NCBI GenBank assembly: GCA_963422365.1
Contig: OY729426.1
Coordinates: 1,024,001 to 1,088,000, forward strand
Reading direction: 5' to 3'
DNA length: 64,000 nt
Source of the DNA: Nitrospirales bacterium
Lineage (GTDB): Bacteria > Nitrospirota > Nitrospiria > Nitrospirales > UBA8639
Part shown: positions 43,775 to 53,583 of the stretch, one piece after another
How positions within the stretch are numbered: position 1 is the stretch's first letter
Layout of the letters: each line of letters opens with the position of its first letter
Notes under the pieces: model-generated
Told to the model about the DNA's origin: nothing
The model's database searches: none
What the model saw: the letters and a program-made list of their open reading frames with translations, nothing else
Translations under genes and position numbers: made by a program

Positions 43775-44009
43775 GATTCCGTGCGGCTACAATGGCAGGC
43801 CTGATGCGATTGGAGAATGGGAGTCGTCTGGCATTCTTGATGTCACGCATCTATTCGATTCTTACGTTGGAGAACGAGTGCTGCTTGCCACGGTCCAAGC
43901 AACCACGATACACGATGGCCTGATCTCAAAGAGCCAGTTGGTCGAAGGCGGCCCATTCATCCTACTCAGGAAGCCCATGGCAGTATTTCCTGAACGGGCT
44001 GACAGGTGA
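43775..44009 (+). pseudogene. PhoX-like (DUF839) phosphatase, 3' part
   Basis: PDAIGEWESSGILDVTHLF...LLATVQA...LVEGG. Confidence 0.7.
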
Positions 44010-44079
44010 AAGAGCAAGGGCGCGATGAGATCGCGCAGCGACAAATGAACTTGACGGTGTTTCCCGAACCGGTCGACAA

Positions 44080-45018
44080 GTGAGAGAGCGGATAGCCCAA
44101 TCGACCCAGGCTTCCTCCCTGACTGCCTCTCAATCTCTGGGAGTTGTAACTGGAGTGCTGTTCCTGTTCTGCTTTGTCGTGTGGCTGGAGCGCGCCTCTC
44201 CTGAAACAGACGATTCGGCTCTGCCTCAGGAGTTGGAGTATCATCTGGTGGCGATCGCCGAGTTATCTCAACCATCTCCGATGGTGCAGATTCCTGCAGG
44301 GTGGTTCCTCATGGGGACCGTGCGCAAAGACGATGATCCGTTTGGGTTGGCAACGCAGTACGATGACACGGAGTTTCCGCAACGACGGATTTGGCTGGAT
44401 GCGTATTCACTCGATCGCGATGAAGTGAGCATGGCGGAGTATGTGGCCTTTTTGCACCGACAAGGTCTTCCGGTTCCGCACAAACTTCGCCATCTGATTT
44501 GGCATCTGATTGATGTCCATGTTCTCCCTGATTATGTCATGGCACGGTGGCCGGCCTTGTATGTCTTGTGGGACGAAGCGGATCAGTTTTGTCGAACGTA
44601 CGACAAACGGTTACCCACCGAGGCCGAATGGGAGAAGGCCGCCCGTGGGACTGAAGGCCAAGTGTTTCCCTGGGGGAGCGAGCCGCCCAACCCGGATATC
44701 GCGGTGTTCGAGTTGTATCACGTGCATCAAATCCCATTAGTCGCGGCCGTGGATAGTTTTGAAGAAGGACGGAGCCCTTACGGGCTTCATCACATGGCTG
44801 GCAATGTGCGGGAATGGGTGCATGATTGGTTTGGTCCGGACTCCTATCCCCTGATGCCTGAACGGAATCCCCGGGGTCCTGAGGTCGGGCGGTATAAAAG
44901 CGTGCGTGGCGGATCGTGGCGAAGCCGGCCGCAGCTTCTGCGAACAGCCACCCGCAATGGGGCGATTCCTGCAACGCGTTCGCCCAATATCGGGTTTCGG
45001 TGTGCCCGATCCGAGTGA
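44080..45018 (+). CDS. Formylglycine-generating enzyme (SUMF1) family protein
   Basis: RLPTEAEWEKAARG, FPWG, MAGNVREW, RGGSW, GFRCA. Confidence 0.92.
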   Translation: MRERIAQSTQASSLTASQSLGVVTGVLFLFCFVVWLERASPETDDSALPQELEYHLVAIAELSQPSPMVQIPAGWFLMGTVRKDDDPFGLATQYDDTEFPQRRIWLDAYSLDRDEVSMAEYVAFLHRQGLPVPHKLRHLIWHLIDVHVLPDYVMARWPALYVLWDEADQFCRTYDKRLPTEAEWEKAARGTEGQVFPWGSEPPNPDIAVFELYHVHQIPLVAAVDSFEEGRSPYGLHHMAGNVREWVHDWFGPDSYPLMPERNPRGPEVGRYKSVRGGSWRSRPQLLRTATRNGAIPATRSPNIGFRCARSE

Positions 45019-45027
45019 CGAACGACC

Positions 45028-45879
45028 TTATCGTGGAATCCGGACGATGAGATTATCGATAAATCGAATCGCCCCAATCCGGATTGCTCCGAGTAAGACG
45101 ACGGTTCCCCGAAGACGTGAAAGCGGTTCAAGCGTGCGAGCATCACAACACGCCAGGTAGTCGATGGTGAGCCGTTGCGTTGCGTCGAGGATCTTCGCCA
45201 TCTTTTTTTCGATCAAGTCTGAGCGGCGTACCCCCCCTGTGATCGCTTCCTTCCCGGCTGACAGGGCCTGATAGAAGGCCGGTGCCTGTTGGCGTTGCGA
45301 TTTCGTCAAGTAGTGATTTCGTGAACTGAGGGCAAACCCATCGGAGCCCCGAATGGTTGGGCACGGGATGACCCGCGTGTCTATGTCGAGGTCTTTCACC
45401 AATTGCCGGATCACGGAAAATTGTTGGTAGTCTTTTTGACCGAAGAAGGTGTGAGTCGGACGGACAAGGTTCAACAGCTTGGTCACAATCGTGGTCACGC
45501 CTTGAAAATGCGTAGGCCGACGTGAACCCTCCCATCGTTGGGAAAGCGCCTTGACGGTGACGGTCGTTTGAAAATTGTGTGGGTACAAGGTCTCCAATTT
45601 CGGAATAAAGACGAGATCGACGTTTTCATCACGACAGCGTGTGATATCTTGCGACAGGTCTCTCGGGTAGCGACGGTAATCCTCGGTCGGGCCGAACTGG
45701 AGCGGGTTCACAAAAATACTGACCACGACTGTCCGGCATGTTCGACGAGCGCGTTGTATTAATGACCGATGGCCGGCATGCAACGCGCCCATGGTCGGAA
45801 CCAACCCGATCGAGGCCCGGAGCACATCGTGTTGGCGTCGCCAGGTTCGAAGGGACTGGGTTGTGTGGATGATGCGCAT
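45028..45879 (-). CDS. panC: Pantoate-beta-alanine ligase
   Basis: VPTMGALHAGH, FVNPLQF, FGQKDYQQ, LSSRN. Confidence 0.97.
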   Translation of the reverse strand: MRIIHTTQSLRTWRRQHDVLRASIGLVPTMGALHAGHRSLIQRARRTCRTVVVSIFVNPLQFGPTEDYRRYPRDLSQDITRCRDENVDLVFIPKLETLYPHNFQTTVTVKALSQRWEGSRRPTHFQGVTTIVTKLLNLVRPTHTFFGQKDYQQFSVIRQLVKDLDIDTRVIPCPTIRGSDGFALSSRNHYLTKSQRQQAPAFYQALSAGKEAITGGVRRSDLIEKKMAKILDATQRLTIDYLACCDARTLEPLSRLRGTVVLLGAIRIGAIRFIDNLIVRIPR

Positions 45880-46437
45880 TTAGTCGACGGGAGGCAGGGC
45901 ACACGATGGTCGGGAGGCGAAATGCGAACCGGGCGTGGCATCGAGCTTTCGCACGCCATGGGAATCCGTCAGTTGGTCGAGCAAGGATTGAACCGTTTGA
46001 TTGTGTCGAGGATGGATCCAGTCCGGATCGAGTTCAGCCATCGGCACTAAGACGAATCGCCGTTGATGGAGACGCGGATGAGGAATAGTGAGCAACGGGG
46101 TCTCGATGAGACGTTGTCCATAGAACAAAATATCCAAATCAATGGAGCGGGAGGCGTTTCGAAGCACAGGGTCACGGCCGAGGCCCCGTTCCGTTTCCTG
46201 GCAAATGGCCAACACGTGTTCAGGCCGGAGTTGTGTCTCCAGACGAACGACACCGTTATAAAACCACATGTCGTCGTGACCATGATCCATATTGATTGGT
46301 TCGGTCTCGTAATACGAAGAGAGGCCAGTCAGCGTGGAATGAGGGAGAAGCCCCATCAAGGCAACGGCGCGGTCACAAAAGTCTTGCCGGTTCCCCTGGT
46401 TCGATCCGAAGGCAAGAAAGACGGTTTCGGTGCTCAT
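45880..46437 (-). CDS. folK: 2-amino-4-hydroxy-6-hydroxymethyldihydropteridine diphosphokinase
   Basis: GSN.G, YETEP, R.IDLDIL, IPHPRLHQRRFVL.P. Confidence 0.95.
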   Translation of the reverse strand: MSTETVFLAFGSNQGNRQDFCDRAVALMGLLPHSTLTGLSSYYETEPINMDHGHDDMWFYNGVVRLETQLRPEHVLAICQETERGLGRDPVLRNASRSIDLDILFYGQRLIETPLLTIPHPRLHQRRFVLVPMAELDPDWIHPRHNQTVQSLLDQLTDSHGVRKLDATPGSHFASRPSCALPPVD

Positions 46438-46461
46438 GATTCCCGTGAACGGCCTCTTTGG

Positions 46462-47637
46462 TCACCACCCGATTTGTTTGAGGCGATCGACGGCTTCGGC
46501 TAATCGCTCTTTCGTCGTGGTGATGGTCATGCGAACGTAGCCTTCGCCTGGAGCCCCGAACCCGTTTCCCGGCGTGGTTACAATCCCGGCCTTTTCTAAG
46601 AGATGGGCCGTAAAGGAAGCAGAGGTATATCCTTGGGGCACCTCAATCCAGACGTAGAACGTCGCCGAGGGCGTCTCAAACTGCAGCCCAAGATTTCTTA
46701 AGCCCGCGACCAACACGTCACGGCGTTCCTGGTAAATGGCCCGGAGCCTGGCGGTGAGTCGATCGTCGGACTCCAAGGCCGTTATCCCGGCTTCTTGAAT
46801 GGCTTGAAATTGTCCTGAATCCAAATTGCTTTTGATTTGGCTCAAGCCTGCAATCACTTCGGCACGGCCGACGGCAAACCCAAGCCGCCATCCCGTCATG
46901 TTAAACGTCTTGGACAATGAGTGAAATTCGATGCCCACATCCATGGCGCCTTCCGCTTCCAAGAAACTCGACGGGCGGTTGCCATCGTAGAAAATTTCAG
47001 AATACGCCGCGTCGTGGCACACGATCACGTGATGCGCTTTCGCAAAGGCAATCACGCGAGTGAAAAACGCCGTGTCCGCAATAACCGACGTTGGATTGTT
47101 CGGTGAATTCAAAAACATCAGCTTTGCTTTTTGGGCGACGTCCGGGGGAATGGCATTCAGATCAGGAAGGAACCCGTTACGTTTCAACAGGGGCATCGTA
47201 TAAGCGGTGCCGCCGGCAAAGCCGGCGGCCACCGGATACACGGGATACCCGGGGCTTGGGACGAGGACGACATCGCCCGGGTTAATAAAGGCCATGGGGA
47301 CGTGGCCGATGCCCTCCTTTGACCCGATTAAGGTGACCACCTCGGATTGGGGGTCGAGGGCCACATTGAATCGCCGCTTGTACCAGTCGGCGACGGCGCT
47401 GCGAAACGACAACATCCCGGTCGAGGAAGGATATTGATGATGTTGCGGATCGGTCACCGCCTCTTGCATTCGTTGCAGAATAGGACCGGGTGTGGGCACG
47501 TCAGGATCGCCGATGCCCAAGTTGATGATATCGATACCACGAGCCATGGCCCGTTGCTTCATCTCGTCAATGGCTGCAAAGAGATAAGGGGGTAACGTCT
47601 GAATGCGTTCAGCATAGGTGATGGGGAAAAGACTCAT
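46462..47637 (-). CDS. dapL: LL-diaminopimelate aminotransferase
   Basis: LPPYLF, NLGIGDPD, GSKEGIGH, PNNPT, SLSKTFNMTGWR. Confidence 0.88.
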   Translation of the reverse strand: MSLFPITYAERIQTLPPYLFAAIDEMKQRAMARGIDIINLGIGDPDVPTPGPILQRMQEAVTDPQHHQYPSSTGMLSFRSAVADWYKRRFNVALDPQSEVVTLIGSKEGIGHVPMAFINPGDVVLVPSPGYPVYPVAAGFAGGTAYTMPLLKRNGFLPDLNAIPPDVAQKAKLMFLNSPNNPTSVIADTAFFTRVIAFAKAHHVIVCHDAAYSEIFYDGNRPSSFLEAEGAMDVGIEFHSLSKTFNMTGWRLGFAVGRAEVIAGLSQIKSNLDSGQFQAIQEAGITALESDDRLTARLRAIYQERRDVLVAGLRNLGLQFETPSATFYVWIEVPQGYTSASFTAHLLEKAGIVTTPGNGFGAPGEGYVRMTITTTKERLAEAVDRLKQIGW

Positions 47638-47711
47638 TCCAGGTACTCCTTCTTCATCATGACCTAGAAGCTATCTCATAAATGGATGAGGGCATTTGCT
47701 GGCCACTCCCT

Positions 47712-47848
47712 TGATGTCATTCTGAGCCGTAAGTCTATGTCTTTGTCGTGGCGCCTCTCATGGTGCCTGTCTTGGCCGCATCAGATGCGGCCCTGCAGTT
47801 CGGGTTAGGGATGAGATTCTTCGTTGCAGGATCCTCAGAATGACATCA
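47712..47848. repeat. 137-bp MITE-like element with perfect 15-bp terminal inverted repeats
   Basis: TGATGTCATTCTGAG ... CTCAGAATGACATCA. Confidence 0.75.
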
Positions 47849-47972
47849 TGATGAGATATCTTCCAATCAGTTTTGAGGATCTCTTCTCACGTTACTGTAC
47901 AGGAAGGGCGATAATCAAGAACGGCTCAAGAAGGTCGGCTGACGATGACGCGCAGATGTGTGCGCTGCTCGA

Positions 47973-48672
47973 CTAAACCAGCGCCCGTTCCCGTTTATGT
48001 TTTCGTTGAGGCCAGTCCGGCAGGCAGAGGTCCAACAGCTTGTAAACATCGGAATCGTGATGGCGGTGTGAAACGTGGCAAAGCTCGTGAACCACGACGT
48101 ATTCACTGCACGCTTTCGGTGCTTTGATTAAGTCCGCATTGAGCGTCAGCCGGCTGCTTCTTGACAAGCTTCCCCAACGCGCCTTCAACTTTCTTCTTTT
48201 CAGGACGGGCCTAGCAACGTCGTTTTTTTTGAACTTTTCCCAACACAAATGAAAAACGGCCTGGAAGCAGGTTGAGGCTTTTTAGAAATACCACTCTTCA
48301 AGCAGCGTTTGAATATGGGGGTTGGAGACTGAACATGGAAATATCCGCTCTTTAAAAAACCTGCTTGGTTTTGGACCTTCTGATTTTCAGCCGGTCTTTT
48401 CGTCCGAGATAAAGGTGGGATTCTCCACCCACGTGCCGGCGTGGCGGAGTTCTCGGCTCAAACTGTTCAAAGTAACGTATCTGGCGATGAATCCATCCGG
48501 CGCGTTTCCGCACTCTGCGGACAACCTCTTCGGAATCGCTTCTAAGCGGAGTTTTCACAACAACGGATTTGTCCGGGTGGACGGCAATCTCCAAGGTCTT
48601 TCTTTTGAGGTGGAGGACGTCAAAAACAATCTCCTCTCGTCCATACGCGATTGACTCCGCCCACCGGCTCAT
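47973..48672 (-). pseudogene. M48/YgjP (DUF45) metallopeptidase associated with type I RM, frameshifted
   Basis: RKTLEIAVHPD, GESHLYLGR, RWGS, YVVVHELCH in separate frames. Confidence 0.85.
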
Positions 48673-51350
48673 CCGTGCCTCCTGTTGCGGGCCATCCTCA
48701 TTGTCCGTTCAATAATTTCATCCGGTTGCTCGTTCTTTAGTTCAACGCCTTCTTTAGTTTTCACTTCGTCATACAGATGGGCCTCAATGTCGTTGATGGC
48801 GCTGTTTCGCGTATCCGGGTCGTCACAGAAATGCACTTTGCCGTGGCGTTGCAAAATCTCATGGATGGCAAGAGCCGTATCCGCCGATCTGTCATCGCAC
48901 GTGTCGGCCCCGCAGCCGGACGTTTCAAAAACAGGTTTAATCACGCTGAAAAATGCGGCGGCATCCCTCTTAAGGCGCAGTTTCTCAGGTCTACCCTTAT
49001 TCCCGTGGCTGTCAAAGTCCCTTTGAATCTCGAAAACCCTGTTCAGGTATTCCAATCCGGAGAGACGCTCTGCTCTGAACTCATCAATGACCCGTTGGAT
49101 CAGGTTTGAAAATTTTTGGTAAAAAGCTGGGTCTTCCTCTATTTTTTCGCTGATGGTGCGCTTCATCCGGTGGGCGATTTCATCTGCCCGTGAAGCTTCG
49201 GTTTTGCTGCCGTACTCGACCTCCGCGCCGCTTTCGCCAGTCGGGAGGGCGTCGAAAATGTTCTCCGGCTTGTTTATCTGCGTAACCTTGTCGGCTTGAA
49301 TCTGGGTGTCCAGGAGCTTCTTGATTTTCGGCTCATGCTCTCCGTAATCGACTGCATCGGCGTAGCGCAGTTTCACCGAACGTCTCAGTTTTTCAAACCG
49401 TTTCAAATCCTTTTGTAATATCGTAGGGCCGTTCGTCCACGTCCGTCAAAAATCTGTGGGAGGGAAGGGCAACGGCAAGGGTTTTGGCATAGTCCGCAAG
49501 CACTCCATAAAATTTTTCTCTTCGTTCGTCATCGCTCAGAAGCCTCTCATACTCTTCCTCATCGACTTGGTTTTTGACCTCTCTGAAAACGTCCCCAAGG
49601 TGGGAATGTTTCTGCGGCAGTTTTTCAATCTGCTCATGGACGGAAACCAGCGTATGTTCCAAATCCTGCTCGTCAAATCCTTCCAGCGCGTCATACATCG
49701 TGAAAGCCGTGTTCAGTTCGCCCAGTATGCCCTCGTAGTCCACGATAGAGCCGAAGTTTTTGCCTTGATGCAGTCGGTTCACGCGCGCAATCGCCTGAAG
49801 CAGCTCGTGTTCACGCAGTGTTCTCCATAGAGAAAGAACGGTGTTGACCGGCGCGTCAAATCCGGTCAGAAGTTTGTCTGCCACGATTACGATCTCAGGC
49901 TCTTCGGCGTTCTTGAAACGCTTGATAATGTTTTCCGAGTAGTGGGCTTCCGAGCCGAAGCGTTTCATCATGCTGTCCCAGAAATTCCGAACCTCGGAGG
50001 TCGGTTCTTCGTCGATTTCTTCAAAGCCCTCCCGCCGATCGGGCGGGGAGATGACCACTTCGGAGGAAACGTCTTCTATCTCTTTCATAAACCGATGATA
50101 TTGAATGGCCGTGGCTTTGTCCGGCGCAACCAATTGCGCCTTGAAGCCTGTGCCCTTCCAGTTGGCGCGATAATGCTCGCTGACGTCGAAGGCGCGCATA
50201 TAGACGACCCGCTCCGTCTTGTTGTGGGTATTGGCGCTGGCATATTTTCTTTTCAAATCGGCTTTCTGTTTTTCGCTGAGATCGACGGGGTATCGTTCAA
50301 ACCACAGGTCTACGGCGTCTCGATCCTGCTCCATTTCCACGTGGCGCCCTTCGTAAAGGAGCGGCACAATCGTCCCGTCATCGAGGGCCTGCCGGACGGA
50401 ATAGGACGGATCAATCAACCCGCCGAATTTGACGAAGTTGTTTTTCTGCTCATTTGTCAGCGGGGGTCCCGTAAACCCAAGGTCGCAGGCCCTTGGCAGC
50501 ATCTGTCGCATCCTTGCCGCAAGCGTCCCGAACGGGGGTGCGATGGCTTTCATCAACCAGCACGAAGACGTCAGGATCGTCATCACGCATGTTTCCTGCG
50601 TTCAAAGCCTTGTCGAATTTATGCACCGACGTCGTCACAACGGGTGTTTTGGATCGGATCAGATCCATCAGCTCGCGTCCGGTTGCCGCATGCTCCGGCT
50701 CGATACCGCACTGCCGGAAGACTTTTTCAATCTGTCTGTCCAGATCTTTCCTGTCCGTCGCCATGATGATGCGCGGATTTTTTATTTTCTCATCCATGGC
50801 AAGTAGTCGCGTAAGCCAGACCATGGTCAGCGATTTTCCCGAACCCAGCGCATGCCAGATTATGCCGCCTGTGCGCCGTCCCTCATCGTCCAACTGCTTG
50901 ACGCGCTGCAAAGCGGAGCGCATGACAAAAAACTGCTCGTAGCGCACGATTTTCTTTTTGCCCGCGTCAACAAGCGTGAGAGTTCCATCAGCCTTTCCGG
51001 GCGGCAGAGGCTGTAGATGGCCCTGTTCTGCTGCGTTGCCGTGCCGAGGGTCAGCAGGCCATAAACCGCCTCGTTGGTTTTCAGCAGTCTGTCGTATCGG
51101 ACGTTTTTGATCTTCTGAACGGCGGACTGGATATTCTCCTCGCTGAACAGGTATTCCCCGCCTCTGTAGTGGATGCGATTGATTTTCTTGATCCGGCTAC
51201 GCAGGATATTTTCCAGCAAAATATTGCCGAGTTTTTTTCGCCTTGCTTGAAAAGCCTGTTTTGGCGTCAGGTATTCGTAGCCGAGGTTGATCAGTTCCTG
51301 GAGGGCGGGATTTAAGAGAGGTGTTTTTCGTTGAAAGAAAAGCCGTGCAT
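48669..51350 (-). pseudogene. hsdR: Type I restriction endonuclease subunit R, pseudogene
   Basis: WHALGSGKS, TDR.DLD.Q, VDESH, LLTGFDAP, LLQAIARVNR; several frameshifts, an early stop and an apparent internal deletion near 51030. Confidence 0.92.
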
Positions 51351-52308
51351 TTATTTTATCCAACATTCAACGGGCGTTGACAGAAAGTGCTCAAGAGCAA
51401 TGCCGCTTGCGCCAACTATCAGGCTTGTGGGATGGAATGCTTTGGAGAAAGCGTCTAAGCCTGGAAACGAATCGGGAATTCCACCACTTTTTACTTCAAT
51501 GGCAGTAAGTTTCTTCCCTTTACGCAAGACCAAATCCATTTCACGGTTGTTGTCCCGCCAAGAGAAGAGTTCACATTCCCCGCCAACGGCTGAATTGAGC
51601 AAATGGGCTCCCACGGCAGATTCCGTCAGTCGTCCCAACAGTTGGGTATCTTCAAGCACCTCTTGCCAAGTCCTACTGAATTGAGCGGTTATCAGTGCCG
51701 TGTTGAAGACTTGAATTTTTTGAATTGAGCGTCCGCTTGCCGCCACACTGCCCACATATTTTTGCAGTCCGATATGAAGCGGGCGGCTCCTGGATAGGCA
51801 TCGTAGAAAAGATAGTGTTTCAAATTCCACCCGAAAGCCCGTTTCATTTCGGGGAAACTCCAGTGAGGCAGATGCAGGGTTTCAAAACGCCCTGAAAGAC
51901 TTTCCGCAAGCCCCCGCCCCATCAAGAGCGGCGCTGAACCGAGCAACACCACTTTCACCAACCTTTTCTTGCGGGCGTCTTCATCCCAAAGACCTTTTAC
52001 CGTTACGGATCATTGCGGAATCTTTTGAACTTCATCCAATATCAGCAGGGCGCCTTTCCCTTTTGACTTTCCGCCAGGTGTCTCGCCTCTTCCCATTGGG
52101 ATATGATCCGCCCCTCACCGGCGCGAAGGGTCGGCTCATCCGCACTTGCAAAATGATAGGGCAGGTTGTTCCGCTCCGCCACTTGCAAGGCAAGGGGTGG
52201 CTTGCCCACCTGCCTTGCTCCCGATATGGACTGAATAAACCGGCGAGGTTCCTTCAGCCGTTTCGCTAACTCCTTTGCCTGCGGTCTAATAAATTCTGTT
52301 CTTGTCAT
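51351..52308 (-). pseudogene. AAA+ ATPase with DUF4143 and C-terminal nuclease-like motif, pseudogene
   Basis: GARQVGK, LLGSA...ESLSGRF, ES.VGAHL, EMDLV....AIEVKS; frameshifts and a deletion. Confidence 0.85.
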
Positions 52309-52345
52309 TTTTCAAACAACTATTCTCTCGTTTGTAATAATTTTT

Positions 52346-52394
52346 TGTTCAACAGACTGAACATTTTTGTTCAATACATTGAACAAATGTTCAA
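52346..52394. promoter_or_regulatory. Array of five alternating TGTTCA(A)/TGAACA half-sites upstream of the ATPase
   Basis: TGTTCAA 52346, TGAACA 52358, TGTTCAA 52368, TGAACA 52380, TGTTCAA 52388. Confidence 0.6.
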
Positions 52395-52453
52395 CACCGC
52401 TCCCTACCTGTTTAGCGTGGGATTTTTGTGAAATGACCGTGCTTAATCGCGTC

Positions 52454-52846
52454 TCAAATCATTGGATTCAGCACTTGTAATCCCATTGCTTTGGCTCCAT
52501 CCAACATCCGTTTATCGTACGAAAACAAAAGAACATCCTGATTTTTGCCGGCCAGAAAATGCAGAGAAGCAAGGTGGATTACGTCAAGCGTACGGACGGA
52601 AACGGGAAACGGATCGAGTGCGCGAGTAAGAGCAACTGGCGACAACTCCAGTAAACTAATTCGACCGATCAATGTGCGCGCACGTTCACCATGAGATTCA
52701 GAAAGATTCCTACTGTACAGTCTATTCCAAACCTCGTACTCCAGTAATCGGCTAGACACCAGGGTTTCATCCCATACCCATGGATGGGGTTGCCGATCTT
52801 CACTTAACATCCGGGCCAATAGCACGGAGGTGTCAACATAAATCAT
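52454..52846 (-). CDS. vapC: VapC/PIN-domain toxin
   Basis: IYVDTS, EYEV, RTLD.IHLAS, SYDKRM; start overlaps the antitoxin stop. Confidence 0.9.
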   Translation of the reverse strand: MIYVDTSVLLARMLSEDRQPHPWVWDETLVSSRLLEYEVWNRLYSRNLSESHGERARTLIGRISLLELSPVALTRALDPFPVSVRTLDVIHLASLHFLAGKNQDVLLFSYDKRMLDGAKAMGLQVLNPMI

Positions 52847-53136
52847 CGGTCTGAACGGGCGTCATCAAGATCCGAGAGCAATTCATCCAGCTTCATTACG
52901 CCTTTGGTTTCGGGGATAGGCGTGTCAGGCGAGACAGTCGGCGGCTGTAGCAAACCACTACGGACTAATTCTGCCAACATCGCATCGGCCAGTATGGGGC
53001 TCCGAAACTCCCTGGGCGCGGTAAGTTCCGCCACAATCCGGTCCCGATCCGTCACGAGGACTGTCTCCCCGGACGCGACCAAGCGGATGTACTCACTGAA
53101 CTTGTTCTTAAGAATTTTGATGCCGACAGATCTCAT
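52843..53136 (-). CDS. Phd/YefM family antitoxin
   Basis: MRSVGIKILKNKFSEYIRLVASGETVLVTDRDRIVAEL. Confidence 0.9.
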   Translation of the reverse strand: MRSVGIKILKNKFSEYIRLVASGETVLVTDRDRIVAELTAPREFRSPILADAMLAELVRSGLLQPPTVSPDTPIPETKGVMKLDELLSDLDDARSDR

Positions 53137-53217
53137 GCTTGCATGGTAGCCCGTTGGAGCCACTTTGCCCCCCCCCTGTACGCACTCAACTTCAGAGAGC
53201 GGGGTGAGCTATCCCCA

Positions 53218-53384
53218 CCTGCTGGAACCGAGGGAGACCATTTTGTTGGCGTCAACGAAATGGTCGAGAATCCTGTGTTCCGACACTTCGCACGCTACTT
53301 TAGCGCGGTTGATAACCTATAAAAGTTCCGCCAATCGGTATAGCTAAGCAGGCCCTGAAGGTCACGGGCAAGCCAGAACTCAAC
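53218..53384 (-). pseudogene. dinD: DNA-damage-inducible protein D, fragment after the insertion (3' truncated)
   Basis: VEFWLARDLQGLLSYTDWRNF then VINRAKVACEVSEHRILDHFVDANKMVSLGS after a frameshift. Confidence 0.85.
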
Positions 53385-53583
53385 GCCGCTGTAGCCGTAT
53401 GAAAATAATTGTGGATCCGGACGAAAAGAATTGCGAGGGGTCTAGAAATTTCTCTTGGGTTTGGAGGGGCACTCGGTGGTGGGGAATGGGCGGGGCAGGG
53501 GGGGAGGGTAAGGTGAGGGCGCCGATACGGCTGCGGCGGGAGCCGGCGGCATCGAGCGGCGCCAGGCTGTGGGCCGGCTGCCC

